Positions 1-10,118 of a DNA stretch of 64,000 bases are shown here, piece after piece. The notes under the pieces are model-generated. The model did no database searches and was not told the DNA's origin. It saw only the letters and a list, made by a program, of their open reading frames with translations. Every line of letters begins with the position of its first letter. Position 1 is the stretch's first letter. The DNA comes from a virus, in IMG/VR virus record IMGVR_UViG_3300047157_000111, positions 4,207 to 68,206 of that record. One strand, given 5' to 3'. A program made the position numbers and the translations under genes.

Positions 1-2
1 AC

Positions 3-92
3 TACAGTTGGACAGGTATAACATCAGAAGCTATAGACGCTTCATCTGACATGACATTTACAGTGAGTGTAGCATTAGCTAACGAACCATAA
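3..92 (+). CDS. 3' end of a structural gene (partial)
   Basis: Open frame YSWTGITSEAIDASSDMTFTVSVALANEP ending TAA at 90-92, just upstream of the next gene. Confidence 0.6.
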   Translation, partial: YSWTGITSEAIDASSDMTFTVSVALANEP

Positions 93-102
93 AATATAAA
101 GC

Positions 103-447
103 ATGGCAAGTATAACATTAACTTTTTCTCAACCAATACAAGACTCTGTACAAGTCGGAGATATAGCTTACTTTTCGTCAACAAGTACAGTTGGTGGTTT
201 TAGCACTGGTGGAGAGATAAAACAAATAGGCGCTATAACAGCTGTTACTGAGTTTAGTATAACTTGTAATATTCCTAATAGTGATCCTAGGCCTCAAGCA
301 AGTGACTTTATATTATTCAGTAAAGACAACGCTGTTAACATGGCTAGTATAGCCGGTTATTATGCTGAGGTTGAAATGGAGAATAACAGTACTACTGCGT
401 CTGAAATATTTCATGTTAGCTCTGAAGTAGTTGAAAGTAGTAAATAA
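103..447 (+). CDS. hypothetical virion/tail protein
   Basis: 114-aa ORF in the structural operon, beta-rich composition. Confidence 0.6.
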   Translation: MASITLTFSQPIQDSVQVGDIAYFSSTSTVGGFSTGGEIKQIGAITAVTEFSITCNIPNSDPRPQASDFILFSKDNAVNMASIAGYYAEVEMENNSTTASEIFHVSSEVVESSK

Positions 448-463
448 TGTGTAATTATAATAA
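447..463 (+). promoter_or_regulatory. putative middle/late phage promoter ATGTGTAATTATAATAA
   Basis: An identical 17-mer lies on the minus strand at 20785-20801; both are intergenic and upstream of gene starts. Confidence 0.5.
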
Positions 464-481
464 ATATAAAATAAAGTAAAC

Positions 482-1159
482 ATGGGACCAAGCATGATTT
501 TAGGAGGTGTAAAAGCCCTAACAAGTATAGCCGGAGGTATAATAGGCTCTGGTAAAAGAAAAAGAGAACAAAGACAAGCTCAAGCAGGTTACGATAAAAC
601 GCTAGCTAGGTTAGAAAATATGGACACATCAAATCCATATGCTAATCAACAAAACGTATATGAGGATTTAACAGTAAATACTCAACAAGCTGATATGTTG
701 GCAGGACAACAACAACAAGCTTTAGGTAACACTATGCAAAATCTGCAAGGCGCCGCTGGTGGATCTGGCATAGCTGCTTTGGCTCAATCAATGGCTAATC
801 AACAATCACAAAACCTACAAGCCGCTACAGCTAGCATAGGGCAGCAAGAAGCTGGTAATCAAAGATTGATGATGGGGCAAGAAGCTCAGATGCAACAGAA
901 CATGGTTGAAGGTGATATGTTATCTAGACAAATGGAAGCTAGTAAAACAACAGGTATGTTAAACAGAGCTGGTCAAAGATTATCAGCAGCTAATCAAGCA
1001 AGGCAGCAAGCTACCAATAGTATAATGGGTGGTGTTGGTGAAATGGTAGGTATGGGATCAACTTTCTTAAAAGGAGGAGCTAACCACGGATTAAACAAAA
1101 TAGGCGCTGGAGCGGGTGAAAAATCCGGAATAAGAAAAATACTCGGAGGTATTTTCTAG
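482..1159 (+). CDS. internal virion (ejection) protein
   Basis: Gln/Ala/Gly/Met-rich helical protein with Gly-rich hydrophobic ends; first of three genes ending in the giant virion protein. Confidence 0.6.
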   Translation: MGPSMILGGVKALTSIAGGIIGSGKRKREQRQAQAGYDKTLARLENMDTSNPYANQQNVYEDLTVNTQQADMLAGQQQQALGNTMQNLQGAAGGSGIAALAQSMANQQSQNLQAATASIGQQEAGNQRLMMGQEAQMQQNMVEGDMLSRQMEASKTTGMLNRAGQRLSAANQARQQATNSIMGGVGEMVGMGSTFLKGGANHGLNKIGAGAGEKSGIRKILGGIF

Positions 1160-1185
1160 TAAACAAAGAACAAAAGAAATAACAT

Positions 1186-2454
1186 ATGCAATTACCAGAT
1201 TATTCAGGTCAAGGAGTTGAGGGCATCACTAATGCAGATGCTATGAACAACTCTAAACTACAAGACCAACATTTTCAACAGCAAATGAATGTCATTATAG
1301 CTAGAAAAAGAGAGGAAAAAGCAAAGCAAGCTAAAGCTAACGCTAAGGTTGAAAAATACATTAACGCTATGCCTGATGGTATAGATACTTCTAAGCTACC
1401 TGCTAAGTACAAACCAGGTGTTCAAGAGTGGGCTAAAAACAAACAATTAGAATTTGCTCAACTAGCTCAACAAGCTGCTGATCTTGAATCTAGTGGTGAC
1501 TTCACTAGCAGTATAGCTATAAAAAATAGAATGACTGAAATAGAAAATTCATTTAAAAACATTGACAATCAATTAGTTCAGTTCAAATCTTACAAGGATG
1601 GTTTCTTAGAAGACAGTCAAAACGGTATGGTAAGCAACTCTGTAAACACTACTAAAAGAGATCTACTTTCATCTGTATATACTGATGAGTTTAATATGAC
1701 TTTTTCTGATGATGGTAGTATAACCTTTTTAAATGAAGAAGGTGGTTATGTAAATTTTGATGAAATTCCTGATTACACTGTTAAAAATAATAAAGGTGCT
1801 AGTGAAATATTAAACATGAACGAAGCTGTTTACAAGTCTGGTAAAATGAGCCCTAGTACTCAGAAGTTATACAAAATGAAGCTGCAAAACATAACTAAAT
1901 CTAGAGATGAGGTTTTGTCTTTAGCTACTGATGATTTTATAACAGAAGGTGGTTTAGGTATATTAGACGATGACTTATTATATAATGAAGAAAGAACTGA
2001 TGAGTTGAGAAGTATAGTTATAGATGCTTATATGAACATGTTTAATGAAACAGCTAAGACATCTATAAAGAAATCATCAAGAAGATCTGGAGGTAGATCA
2101 AGATCTGGTACTCAAAGCGAAAGAAAGTATCAAGCTAAAATGGACAACATATTAAAAGGTCTTGGTTCTATTGGTGTTGACAACGCTAGAGAGTTAGATG
2201 TTTACACTAAGGGTGTTGTAGATATAATAGATGGCAAACCAAGTATATGGTATGGTGAATATCCTGTTGAGTTAGATGATATAGACGCTTATGATGTGTA
2301 TGAAGTATTAAAAAGAGAGGGAGTTCCAGACAATATGATACCTTCAGTAGAATCAATTGATAGCATGATGAATGGTAATGTTGAAGAAGAAAAACCTGAA
2401 AAAATAGACGCGAAAGCTTTAATAAAAAAGCACTCTCCAAAACCAACTAATTAA
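1186..2454 (+). CDS. internal virion (ejection) protein
   Basis: 422-aa helical protein between the small ejection protein and the giant protein. Confidence 0.5.
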   Translation: MQLPDYSGQGVEGITNADAMNNSKLQDQHFQQQMNVIIARKREEKAKQAKANAKVEKYINAMPDGIDTSKLPAKYKPGVQEWAKNKQLEFAQLAQQAADLESSGDFTSSIAIKNRMTEIENSFKNIDNQLVQFKSYKDGFLEDSQNGMVSNSVNTTKRDLLSSVYTDEFNMTFSDDGSITFLNEEGGYVNFDEIPDYTVKNNKGASEILNMNEAVYKSGKMSPSTQKLYKMKLQNITKSRDEVLSLATDDFITEGGLGILDDDLLYNEERTDELRSIVIDAYMNMFNETAKTSIKKSSRRSGGRSRSGTQSERKYQAKMDNILKGLGSIGVDNARELDVYTKGVVDIIDGKPSIWYGEYPVELDDIDAYDVYEVLKREGVPDNMIPSVESIDSMMNGNVEEEKPEKIDAKALIKKHSPKPTN

Positions 2455-2461
2455 ATCAAAT

Positions 2462-5400
2462 ATGGAAGAATTAGAATTAATCGTTCAAAGAATGATAGAC
2501 GCTGGTGAACCAGAAGAAAACATAAAAGCAGTTATTGAAGAGTATACTGCGGGAAAGCAAACAGACCCTGTAAATGTAGAGGCGAATGCGGGGTCAAAAG
2601 AAAATACGGCCTCAAACTCGGAAGATGGTTTATCGGATTCACCTTTTTGGAATCCTAATGAAGAAACTACCGTAGAAAAACCTGGTTACTTTGAAGAAAA
2701 GTTTGGTGTAAAGAATGGATTTACTAACTTCGCAGATGATTTATTTAGAGTTTGGGAAGGTGGAGCTGCTCAAGGTGGAGGTGTTGATGAAGCTTTTGAT
2801 TTGTATAAGTTAGGAAAAGATATGAATCAAGACCAGCTAGAAGGTTTAATAAAATCAGGTAGAAGACTTGAAGAAGCTGGACAAACAGATGAAATGATTT
2901 ATGCTGGCCAGATGATGGAAAAGTATAAGAAAGAAGGTGATAATGGAGTTACGGCTTTTTTTAAATCCTACTTCAGCTTAGACAACCCAACGGTTATGGC
3001 TCAGTACATGACACAGTCTTTTGTTGGCATGTTAGCCTCACTTAAAGATAGTGAAGAAGTTTTAGGTACAGCATCCGCTGTAGCTGGTGGAGGTGCTATT
3101 GCTGGGGCTGGTGTAGGTTTAGTTGGTGGGCCTTTTGCTCCCGTCACATCAAGCGCTGGTGCTATAGCTGGAACTATAGGTGGTTTTATGGGTGGCTTGT
3201 CCGGCGCTATGGAAACAGGGTTGACAACAGCTCAGCTTTTACAAGAGTCGGCTACTGACGCTGGTTTAAACTGGAGCACTATGAGTGACGAGGCTAGAAT
3301 AGCTTATGTTAAGAAAGTCACTAATAATGAAACCATGTTTAACGACATAAAAAGCAAAGCTTTAGCTAGAGGTATAACTATTGGTGCTATAGACGGTATC
3401 ACAGGTGTTGTAACAGGTGGTGCTAGTGGTGCCGTTAGCAAAGGTGTTGCTAAGTCAACGGCTAGCGCTTTGACTAAATCAGCAACCGTATTGACGTCAG
3501 CAGCTACAGAGACAGCAGGTGGTTTAGCTAGTGAGTATTTTGGTCAAAAAGCAGGTGGACAAGAGTTTAACCTTGAAGAGATAATGATAGAAGGTTTTGC
3601 TGATAAATCTTTTACAGCTATAAATACTGTTAATGCATTGCGTAAAGGTAATCCTAAGTACTCTATAAACGGGGAAAAAATGAACGGTAAGCAGTTTCAC
3701 GATGCGTTAAAAATGATGGACGATGAAGCGTATATTACCGCTGATATAAATGTAGAAAATTCACCAGCCGTAGAATCCGTAGTCAATAATAGAAAACAAA
3801 ACATAAACTTAGATCAAGAAATAGATAGTAAAGTATCTGGTGTAGAGGATAGAGCTGAATTAATAAAGCTAGAAAAAGAAAGACTTAAGTTATCTAAGAA
3901 TAAAACAAGAACAGCAAAACAAAAGCTAGCAAATATAAATGCTAAGATAGACGAAATAAACTCCAAGTATGAGGGAGCTGAAGTAGACGTAACTATAGAG
4001 GATAGAAAGAAAGCTATAGCCAAAGCTATTGATGATAAATTTGAAGCATCGTTTAATAAAAACTTAGAAGCGGTAAAACCAGAAGCTGAAAAAAGAGGTC
4101 TTGATATTGATGTAAATGAAGACGAGGATACTTATTTCCAGAATATAGCCGATGATCAAGGTGTATCGTTAGAAGAAGCTAAGGAAAAAGCAGCTGGATC
4201 TGATGGGGTTTTTCTTGGTAAAGGTAAGATATTTATAAACAAAGTACAGGCTAAGAAAGTAGGTGCTGTATCCGTAGCTAGTCACGAGTTTTTACACCCT
4301 GTGTTAAATGCTCTAGTTGGTGATGGTAAGCAGCAAGCTAGTTTTTTAAAGCAATTCAAGTCTAGGGTTTCTAGTAAGAATAACACTTGGGTTATGAATG
4401 CTATGAAAGCGGGTGGTGTTGATCCTAGTAGTTATAACACTGAGTATATAAACTACTTTTCTGATGGTATACAAAAAAACAAAATAAGCTACGATCAAAG
4501 TTTATTTGAAAAAATAGGTGAGTCTTTAAAAAGACTGTTTGTTGGTAAAGGTTTTGATAACATATCTTTTGACAATGGTAGAGATGTTTATAATTTTCTA
4601 AAAGAATATAACACTAGCATAAAAAGTGGTAAAGTAAGTGATGTAGCATCTGAAGCTATAACTAAAGCTGAAAGTAAAAAAGATACTAAAATAAGTGACG
4701 TAGAGGCTTTGGATCAAAATGGTCAATTCTCTAGAACAGAGGACGTTCAAGAAATAAACGATATATATAACTCTAATGAAAGCAAGGAATTAGCTGGTTT
4801 TGAAATAGCTGATAAGTATAGAGGTATGGCGGAGTCTGTGTTTAACGCTTTGAAAGAAGGTAGTAATTATACACAGAACCAAAAAGAGGTTTTTGAAGGT
4901 AAGAAAGAGGACATGCTTGCTATGATGTTGTATGATAAAATACCTAGTCAGAAAGAAGACTCTAAAGCTAGGAACGTGGTTGGTTTGGTGCAAGACTTTG
5001 AATCTAAAAAACAAAAGTACAACAACGTTGCTGCTTACGTTAATACGTTTTTTAAAGAAAGATCTAAGGAAGTATTTAAGTATTTTTCTAAAGACGCTGT
5101 TAACGAGGGTTTAACTAAAGAAGATGGTACATTAAAGAAATCAGTTAGTAGTAAGGCAAACGAATCATCTAAAGTAGATCAGGGAAAAGAAGCTAGAAAG
5201 CTAAGTAGTTTTGATAAGTTAATGAAAGGCACAGAGTCTTTTATTGACGCATCAATTAAAAAAAATATTATAGTCAAGCTTACTAAAAACTTAAAAACAG
5301 CTGCTTTTAAAGGTAGGTTTACAGCTGAAAGCATAACCGCTGAAATAAAAAAACTAATAAAACAAGAGATAGAGAAAGCTGTTGTTAAGCGTATGGGTAA

Positions 5401-8400
5401 GATCAGTAAGACAAAAGCTGGTGTTGTTGTTAGTGAAGAGTATAAAAGCTTTCACAGCGAAAACTTTAACGCTATAGTTAAAGCCTTACCTGTATCTGTT
5501 ATAAAAAAGAAATACTTTTCTTTGTTTGAAAAGAAAAACATAGGTAGAGAGAAAACAGCACAAGGAAACGCTATATTTGAAATAAAACCTACATCTAAAG
5601 GTAAGTTTGGAGCATACTTTACTATAGGTGGTTATACTACGCTTCTAGCTAGACAAAAGTCTTTAGCTAACGAGATAAGTGCTGAGCTAATAAAAGATCA
5701 AGCTACTATACTAAAACAAGACATAGACTTTATGAGTGAGCTAGCTGAGGTCGCCGATATGAGTGGAGTACAAGTAACGGAGTTAGTACTGCAAACAGAG
5801 CTAGAATCTTTAGCTAATCAATTTGATAGAAAGAAAACAGAAGCTACTAAGTTTGATAAGATACAGTTTTCTAAAAACTTTAATAACGATCAAGTAAGTG
5901 AGTTAAACAAGAAAAGCAAAAAAATAATAGAACTAAGCAAAGTGTACACCACTGCTTCATCTTTAGCAAATAAGTTGATTAAAGACAAAATAATTGACAA
6001 TAAAGTTTTTACAGTTAAAGAGATAAAAGACTGGAAAAATGAAATACAATCTAGTGTTAACGCTATATTAAGCCCTAAAAACACTTTACAAAGCAATAAG
6101 CTAGGTGAGTATGTAGAGCAAAGGGTTGGGAACAAAAGCGATCTACCTTTAATAAGAATGCTTGATTTAAAGTCTTATGACGTGGTTATTAATGGTGTAA
6201 AAAAGAAATTCTCTAGTTTCGCAGAAGCGTTTAGAGACGCTAAACTTATAGAAAGACAAAGAAAGCTTCATATTGACTACTTTGAATCAAAAATAAAAAC
6301 ATTAGATGATTTAGTCTCGGTTTTAAAATGGTTTCCAGGCCACACAATATCAGCTGGGGCAAGGTATTTCATGAAGTCAAGGAACCAGTCGTTTGCTGGT
6401 ATGAAAGATTTAGTAGCGGAGCTTAATAAAATACTAGAAGTTAAAGGTTGGGAGATAAAAACAAAGCTAACGATAGATGGTAAAACACAGTTAGACAAAG
6501 TAATCAGCACAAAAACTGGAGAGGTTTTAATAGATAACAAAGATACAAAAGTTGGAGATAAGACAATAAAATCTCTTAGGAAACGTTTAACATCGTCATC
6601 TCAAGATACTAAAAAAACTGTTTTACAGTACATAAAAGAGCTTCCTCAAAGAATACAAGATGCAAATGAAGCTTGGAATACTATGATAGATTTTTTAAGT
6701 TTTGTTGACAAAAACGGTGATAACTTAGATTTTGGAATGACTATGATGAGTTTAAAATCTAACATGAGTAGTATGTTGAAAGCTGCTGCTCCTTTAACTT
6801 ATTATTTTGAAGGGTCATATGTTGGTAAGCTAGTGTATGAGCATTTAATACCTACAGAGTACGTAACTCAATCTTTAACTAAGCATTTTAAAATCAAAAA
6901 AATAAATTTAAATTCTTTACAAGATCAATACAAGGTCGCTATAGTTCCTAAAACAATGGACGACAATATAAATGGGTCTGCTAGACAGGAAAATATGCCT
7001 ACTTACTGGCAAATTGGCATGGAAGCTTTATTAAGATATTTTGATGATTTTACTTTTGGTTTTAAAAATATGTATGCTTTAAAAAACCTCCAAACAGGTG
7101 ATGTAGTAGGTAAAAAACATGCTAAAGCTCAATTTTCTAAGACAGATAAAACTAAAGCAGAAAACTTTAATAAGGCTATGATGAACGCTAGAAACCCTAA
7201 CGCGCCTGAAAAAGGTATTAGTGTTTTTGACTTTGATGATACAATAGCTCAATCTAATAGTAAAGTTCTATACGAACTACCAGACGGTAAAAAAGGTAAA
7301 ATAAACGCTACTGAGTTTGCTTTACAATCGGCAGATCTAGAAGCAGCAGGAGCTATATTTGATTTTAGTGAGTTTAGTAAAGTTATAGAAGGTAAAAAAG
7401 GACCTTTGTTTGATTTAGCTGTTAAGCGTCAGGGCAAGTTTACAAGTAAAGATATATTTATACTTACAGCTAGACCTCAAAACGCTGCTTACGCAATACA
7501 TGCTTTTCTAAAAGGTTTAGGTTTAACTATACCTATAAGTAATATAACCGGTTTAGCTGATGGTAAAGCTTCTGCAAAAGCTGATTGGATAATAGGTAAA
7601 GCTGCAGAAGGTTACAATAACTTTTACTTTGCTGACGATGCTTATAAAAATGTTAAAGCTGTTCAAAAGGTTTTAGATATAATAGATGTTAAAAGAGATG
7701 TTCAGTTAGCTAAGATACAATTTAGCAGAAACATGGACGAAGCTTTTAACGATATACTAGAGCAAACTAAGAAGGTTGATTCTAATAAAAGATTTTCTAA
7801 AGCAGCTGCTAAATCCAGAGGTAGAGATATAGGTAAATGGAAATTTTTCTTACCACCTTCCGCTGAAGATTTTGTAGGTTTATTATATAACTTTTTAGGT
7901 AAAGGTAAAGTTGGTGAACAACAAATGGAGTTTTTTAACAAAGCCTTAGTACAACCGTTTGCTAGAGCAATGGATGAGCTTAATAGAGCTAAGCAAGCTA
8001 TAGCTACTGACTTTAGGGCGTTAAAAAAGACTTATCCTGAGGTTAGAAAAATGCTAGCTAAAATAACACCATATAACAACTTTACATATGATACAGCTGT
8101 AAGAGTTTATATATGGAACAAGAAGGGTATTGCGATACCAGGTTTATCTAAAACTGATATAAAAAGACTGACGGATATTGTTGAGAATAATTCTGATTTA
8201 AAAGACTTTGCTGATACTTTAGAAGTTGGGGTTGCTAACAATAATTACCCTAACGCTGGGGACACTTGGCTAGTAGGTAATATTGCTACTGATTTAAAAG
8301 ATATAACAGATAAAATAGGTAGAAAAGAATTTCTACAAGAGTGGAAAGCAAACAAAGATGTTATATTTAGCACGGAAAACTTAAACAAAATAGAGGCTAT

Positions 8401-9814
8401 ATACGGTAGTAATTTCAGGGAAGCACTGGAAGATATGCTGTATAGAATGGAAAATGGTACAAATAGGAGTTTTGGTAGCAACAGATTAGTTAATTCTTTC
8501 TCAAATTGGGTGAATAACTCTGTAGGTGCTATTATGTTTTTCAACATGAGATCTGCAATACTTCAGACTATATCATTTGTTAACTTTGTAAACTGGAGTG
8601 ATAACAATCCTCTAAAGTTTGCTGGAGCAATATTAAACGTTAAGCAATTCTCTAGCGACTTTGTAACTTTGTTTAACTCAGATATGTTAAAGCAGAGGCG
8701 AGCTGGTATAGGTAGAGACGTTAATGAATCTGAAATAGCTGAAGCTATGAGTGGCGCTAGAAATAAACCGAGAGCTATACTTAATTATTTACTTAGAGTA
8801 GGTTTTACACCTACGCAAATAGCAGATAGTTTTGCAATATCAATGGGTGGTGCTGCTTTTTATAGAAACAGAATAAACACATACTTGAAACAAGGTATGA
8901 CAAAAGATCAAGCTTTGGATCAAGCATTTAAAGACTTCCAAGAAACTACTGAAGTTTCACAACAGTCTTCAAGACCTGATATGATTAGTCAACAACAAGC
9001 CGGTCCATTGGGTAGATTAATATTAGCTTTCCAAAATACACCAATGCAGTATACTAGGTTGATGAAAAAAGCTTTTAAAGATCTGATAAACGGTAGAGGT
9101 GATGCTAAAACTAATTTATCTAAAATAGTTTACTACGGTGTTGTTCAAAATATAATATTTGCATCCATGCAATCAGCATTGTTCGCTATGTTATTTGATG
9201 ATGACGACGATGAAGATAAATATAGCAAGAAAAAAGGTAGAATAGCAAACACAATGACAGACTCTATACTTAGAGGTTCTGGATTAGCCGGTGCTGGTAT
9301 ATCTACTATTAAAAATGTTATATTAAAATTCTTAGAACAAGAAGAAAAAGGTTGGAACGCGGATCACGCTTATACTGTTATTGAAGCCGCTAATTTCTCT
9401 CCACCTATTGGTTCTAAACTTAGAAAAATGTATTCAGGTATACAGACTTATAAATTTAATAAAGATGTTATAGCTGATAGAGGTCTTTCTTTGAATAATC
9501 CAGCGTGGCAATCAGCAGGTAACTTTGTATCCGCGGCAACTAACATACCTATGGATAGAGCTGTAAATAAGTATAATAACTTAAGAGGAGCAGCAAATAA
9601 CAACAATGAAGCTTGGCAAAGAATAGCTATGGCTCTAGGTTGGAATTCTTGGGATGTAGACGCTGAAGTAGAGACTGGATATAAAGACTATAAAGCAAAA
9701 CTAAAGAAAACACAAAAAAGAAGAAAAATACTAAACAAAAGAAGAGACAAAGCTAGTAATAGGCAGGAGATTATAAATAAAAGAAGAGAAATATTAAGAA
9801 ACCGAAAAAAATAA
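2462..9814 (+). CDS. giant modular virion/ejection (polyvalent) protein
   Basis: 2450 aa; Gly/Ala hydrophobic helices, zincin HEFLH, sigma-region-2-like segment, YEHLIP, HAD motifs DFDDT...TAR...K...FADD. Confidence 0.7.
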   Translation: MEELELIVQRMIDAGEPEENIKAVIEEYTAGKQTDPVNVEANAGSKENTASNSEDGLSDSPFWNPNEETTVEKPGYFEEKFGVKNGFTNFADDLFRVWEGGAAQGGGVDEAFDLYKLGKDMNQDQLEGLIKSGRRLEEAGQTDEMIYAGQMMEKYKKEGDNGVTAFFKSYFSLDNPTVMAQYMTQSFVGMLASLKDSEEVLGTASAVAGGGAIAGAGVGLVGGPFAPVTSSAGAIAGTIGGFMGGLSGAMETGLTTAQLLQESATDAGLNWSTMSDEARIAYVKKVTNNETMFNDIKSKALARGITIGAIDGITGVVTGGASGAVSKGVAKSTASALTKSATVLTSAATETAGGLASEYFGQKAGGQEFNLEEIMIEGFADKSFTAINTVNALRKGNPKYSINGEKMNGKQFHDALKMMDDEAYITADINVENSPAVESVVNNRKQNINLDQEIDSKVSGVEDRAELIKLEKERLKLSKNKTRTAKQKLANINAKIDEINSKYEGAEVDVTIEDRKKAIAKAIDDKFEASFNKNLEAVKPEAEKRGLDIDVNEDEDTYFQNIADDQGVSLEEAKEKAAGSDGVFLGKGKIFINKVQAKKVGAVSVASHEFLHPVLNALVGDGKQQASFLKQFKSRVSSKNNTWVMNAMKAGGVDPSSYNTEYINYFSDGIQKNKISYDQSLFEKIGESLKRLFVGKGFDNISFDNGRDVYNFLKEYNTSIKSGKVSDVASEAITKAESKKDTKISDVEALDQNGQFSRTEDVQEINDIYNSNESKELAGFEIADKYRGMAESVFNALKEGSNYTQNQKEVFEGKKEDMLAMMLYDKIPSQKEDSKARNVVGLVQDFESKKQKYNNVAAYVNTFFKERSKEVFKYFSKDAVNEGLTKEDGTLKKSVSSKANESSKVDQGKEARKLSSFDKLMKGTESFIDASIKKNIIVKLTKNLKTAAFKGRFTAESITAEIKKLIKQEIEKAVVKRMGKISKTKAGVVVSEEYKSFHSENFNAIVKALPVSVIKKKYFSLFEKKNIGREKTAQGNAIFEIKPTSKGKFGAYFTIGGYTTLLARQKSLANEISAELIKDQATILKQDIDFMSELAEVADMSGVQVTELVLQTELESLANQFDRKKTEATKFDKIQFSKNFNNDQVSELNKKSKKIIELSKVYTTASSLANKLIKDKIIDNKVFTVKEIKDWKNEIQSSVNAILSPKNTLQSNKLGEYVEQRVGNKSDLPLIRMLDLKSYDVVINGVKKKFSSFAEAFRDAKLIERQRKLHIDYFESKIKTLDDLVSVLKWFPGHTISAGARYFMKSRNQSFAGMKDLVAELNKILEVKGWEIKTKLTIDGKTQLDKVISTKTGEVLIDNKDTKVGDKTIKSLRKRLTSSSQDTKKTVLQYIKELPQRIQDANEAWNTMIDFLSFVDKNGDNLDFGMTMMSLKSNMSSMLKAAAPLTYYFEGSYVGKLVYEHLIPTEYVTQSLTKHFKIKKINLNSLQDQYKVAIVPKTMDDNINGSARQENMPTYWQIGMEALLRYFDDFTFGFKNMYALKNLQTGDVVGKKHAKAQFSKTDKTKAENFNKAMMNARNPNAPEKGISVFDFDDTIAQSNSKVLYELPDGKKGKINATEFALQSADLEAAGAIFDFSEFSKVIEGKKGPLFDLAVKRQGKFTSKDIFILTARPQNAAYAIHAFLKGLGLTIPISNITGLADGKASAKADWIIGKAAEGYNNFYFADDAYKNVKAVQKVLDIIDVKRDVQLAKIQFSRNMDEAFNDILEQTKKVDSNKRFSKAAAKSRGRDIGKWKFFLPPSAEDFVGLLYNFLGKGKVGEQQMEFFNKALVQPFARAMDELNRAKQAIATDFRALKKTYPEVRKMLAKITPYNNFTYDTAVRVYIWNKKGIAIPGLSKTDIKRLTDIVENNSDLKDFADTLEVGVANNNYPNAGDTWLVGNIATDLKDITDKIGRKEFLQEWKANKDVIFSTENLNKIEAIYGSNFREALEDMLYRMENGTNRSFGSNRLVNSFSNWVNNSVGAIMFFNMRSAILQTISFVNFVNWSDNNPLKFAGAILNVKQFSSDFVTLFNSDMLKQRRAGIGRDVNESEIAEAMSGARNKPRAILNYLLRVGFTPTQIADSFAISMGGAAFYRNRINTYLKQGMTKDQALDQAFKDFQETTEVSQQSSRPDMISQQQAGPLGRLILAFQNTPMQYTRLMKKAFKDLINGRGDAKTNLSKIVYYGVVQNIIFASMQSALFAMLFDDDDDEDKYSKKKGRIANTMTDSILRGSGLAGAGISTIKNVILKFLEQEEKGWNADHAYTVIEAANFSPPIGSKLRKMYSGIQTYKFNKDVIADRGLSLNNPAWQSAGNFVSAATNIPMDRAVNKYNNLRGAANNNNEAWQRIAMALGWNSWDVDAEVETGYKDYKAKLKKTQKRRKILNKRRDKASNRQEIINKRREILRNRKK

Positions 9815-9830
9815 AAACAACAAACAAGTA

Positions 9831-10115
9831 ATGGCTAACAAAATATCAGAAAACACTGAATTAACTTTAGATTTAAAAACACTAATAATTATAGTAAGCT
9901 TCGTTGTCACGGTCGTGGGGATGTGGTTCGCTATACAGGCAGATATACAGTTGGCTAAAGAGCTTCCTGAAGCCGAGGTGAGTAGAACTGAATATGATTT
10001 AAAAGATCAATTGATTAGAGAGACTATAATGAATACTCAAGAGAAGGTAGAACAAAATAGCGACAAGCTTGACAAAATAGATGAAAAGCTTTACCAAATC
10101 ATAAAGAAAAAATAA
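9831..10115 (+). CDS. single-TM membrane protein with coiled coil (lysis accessory, holin or spanin candidate)
   Basis: TM segment LIIIVSFVVTVVGMWFAI followed by a coiled coil; upstream of the endolysin. Confidence 0.45.
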   Translation: MANKISENTELTLDLKTLIIIVSFVVTVVGMWFAIQADIQLAKELPEAEVSRTEYDLKDQLIRETIMNTQEKVEQNSDKLDKIDEKLYQIIKKK

Positions 10116-10118
10116 ATC

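Noticed and set aside
7214-7245. DFDD as a crAss-type virion RNA polymerase catalytic motif
   Set aside because: The context is hhhDxDxT with downstream HAD motifs, not DxDxD/DFDID
3814-8547. Antisense ORFs within the giant gene (and similar ones opposite groEL, tail, portal and scaffold genes)
   Set aside because: They are typical stop-poor shadows of the sense codon bias, with no motifs or expression signals
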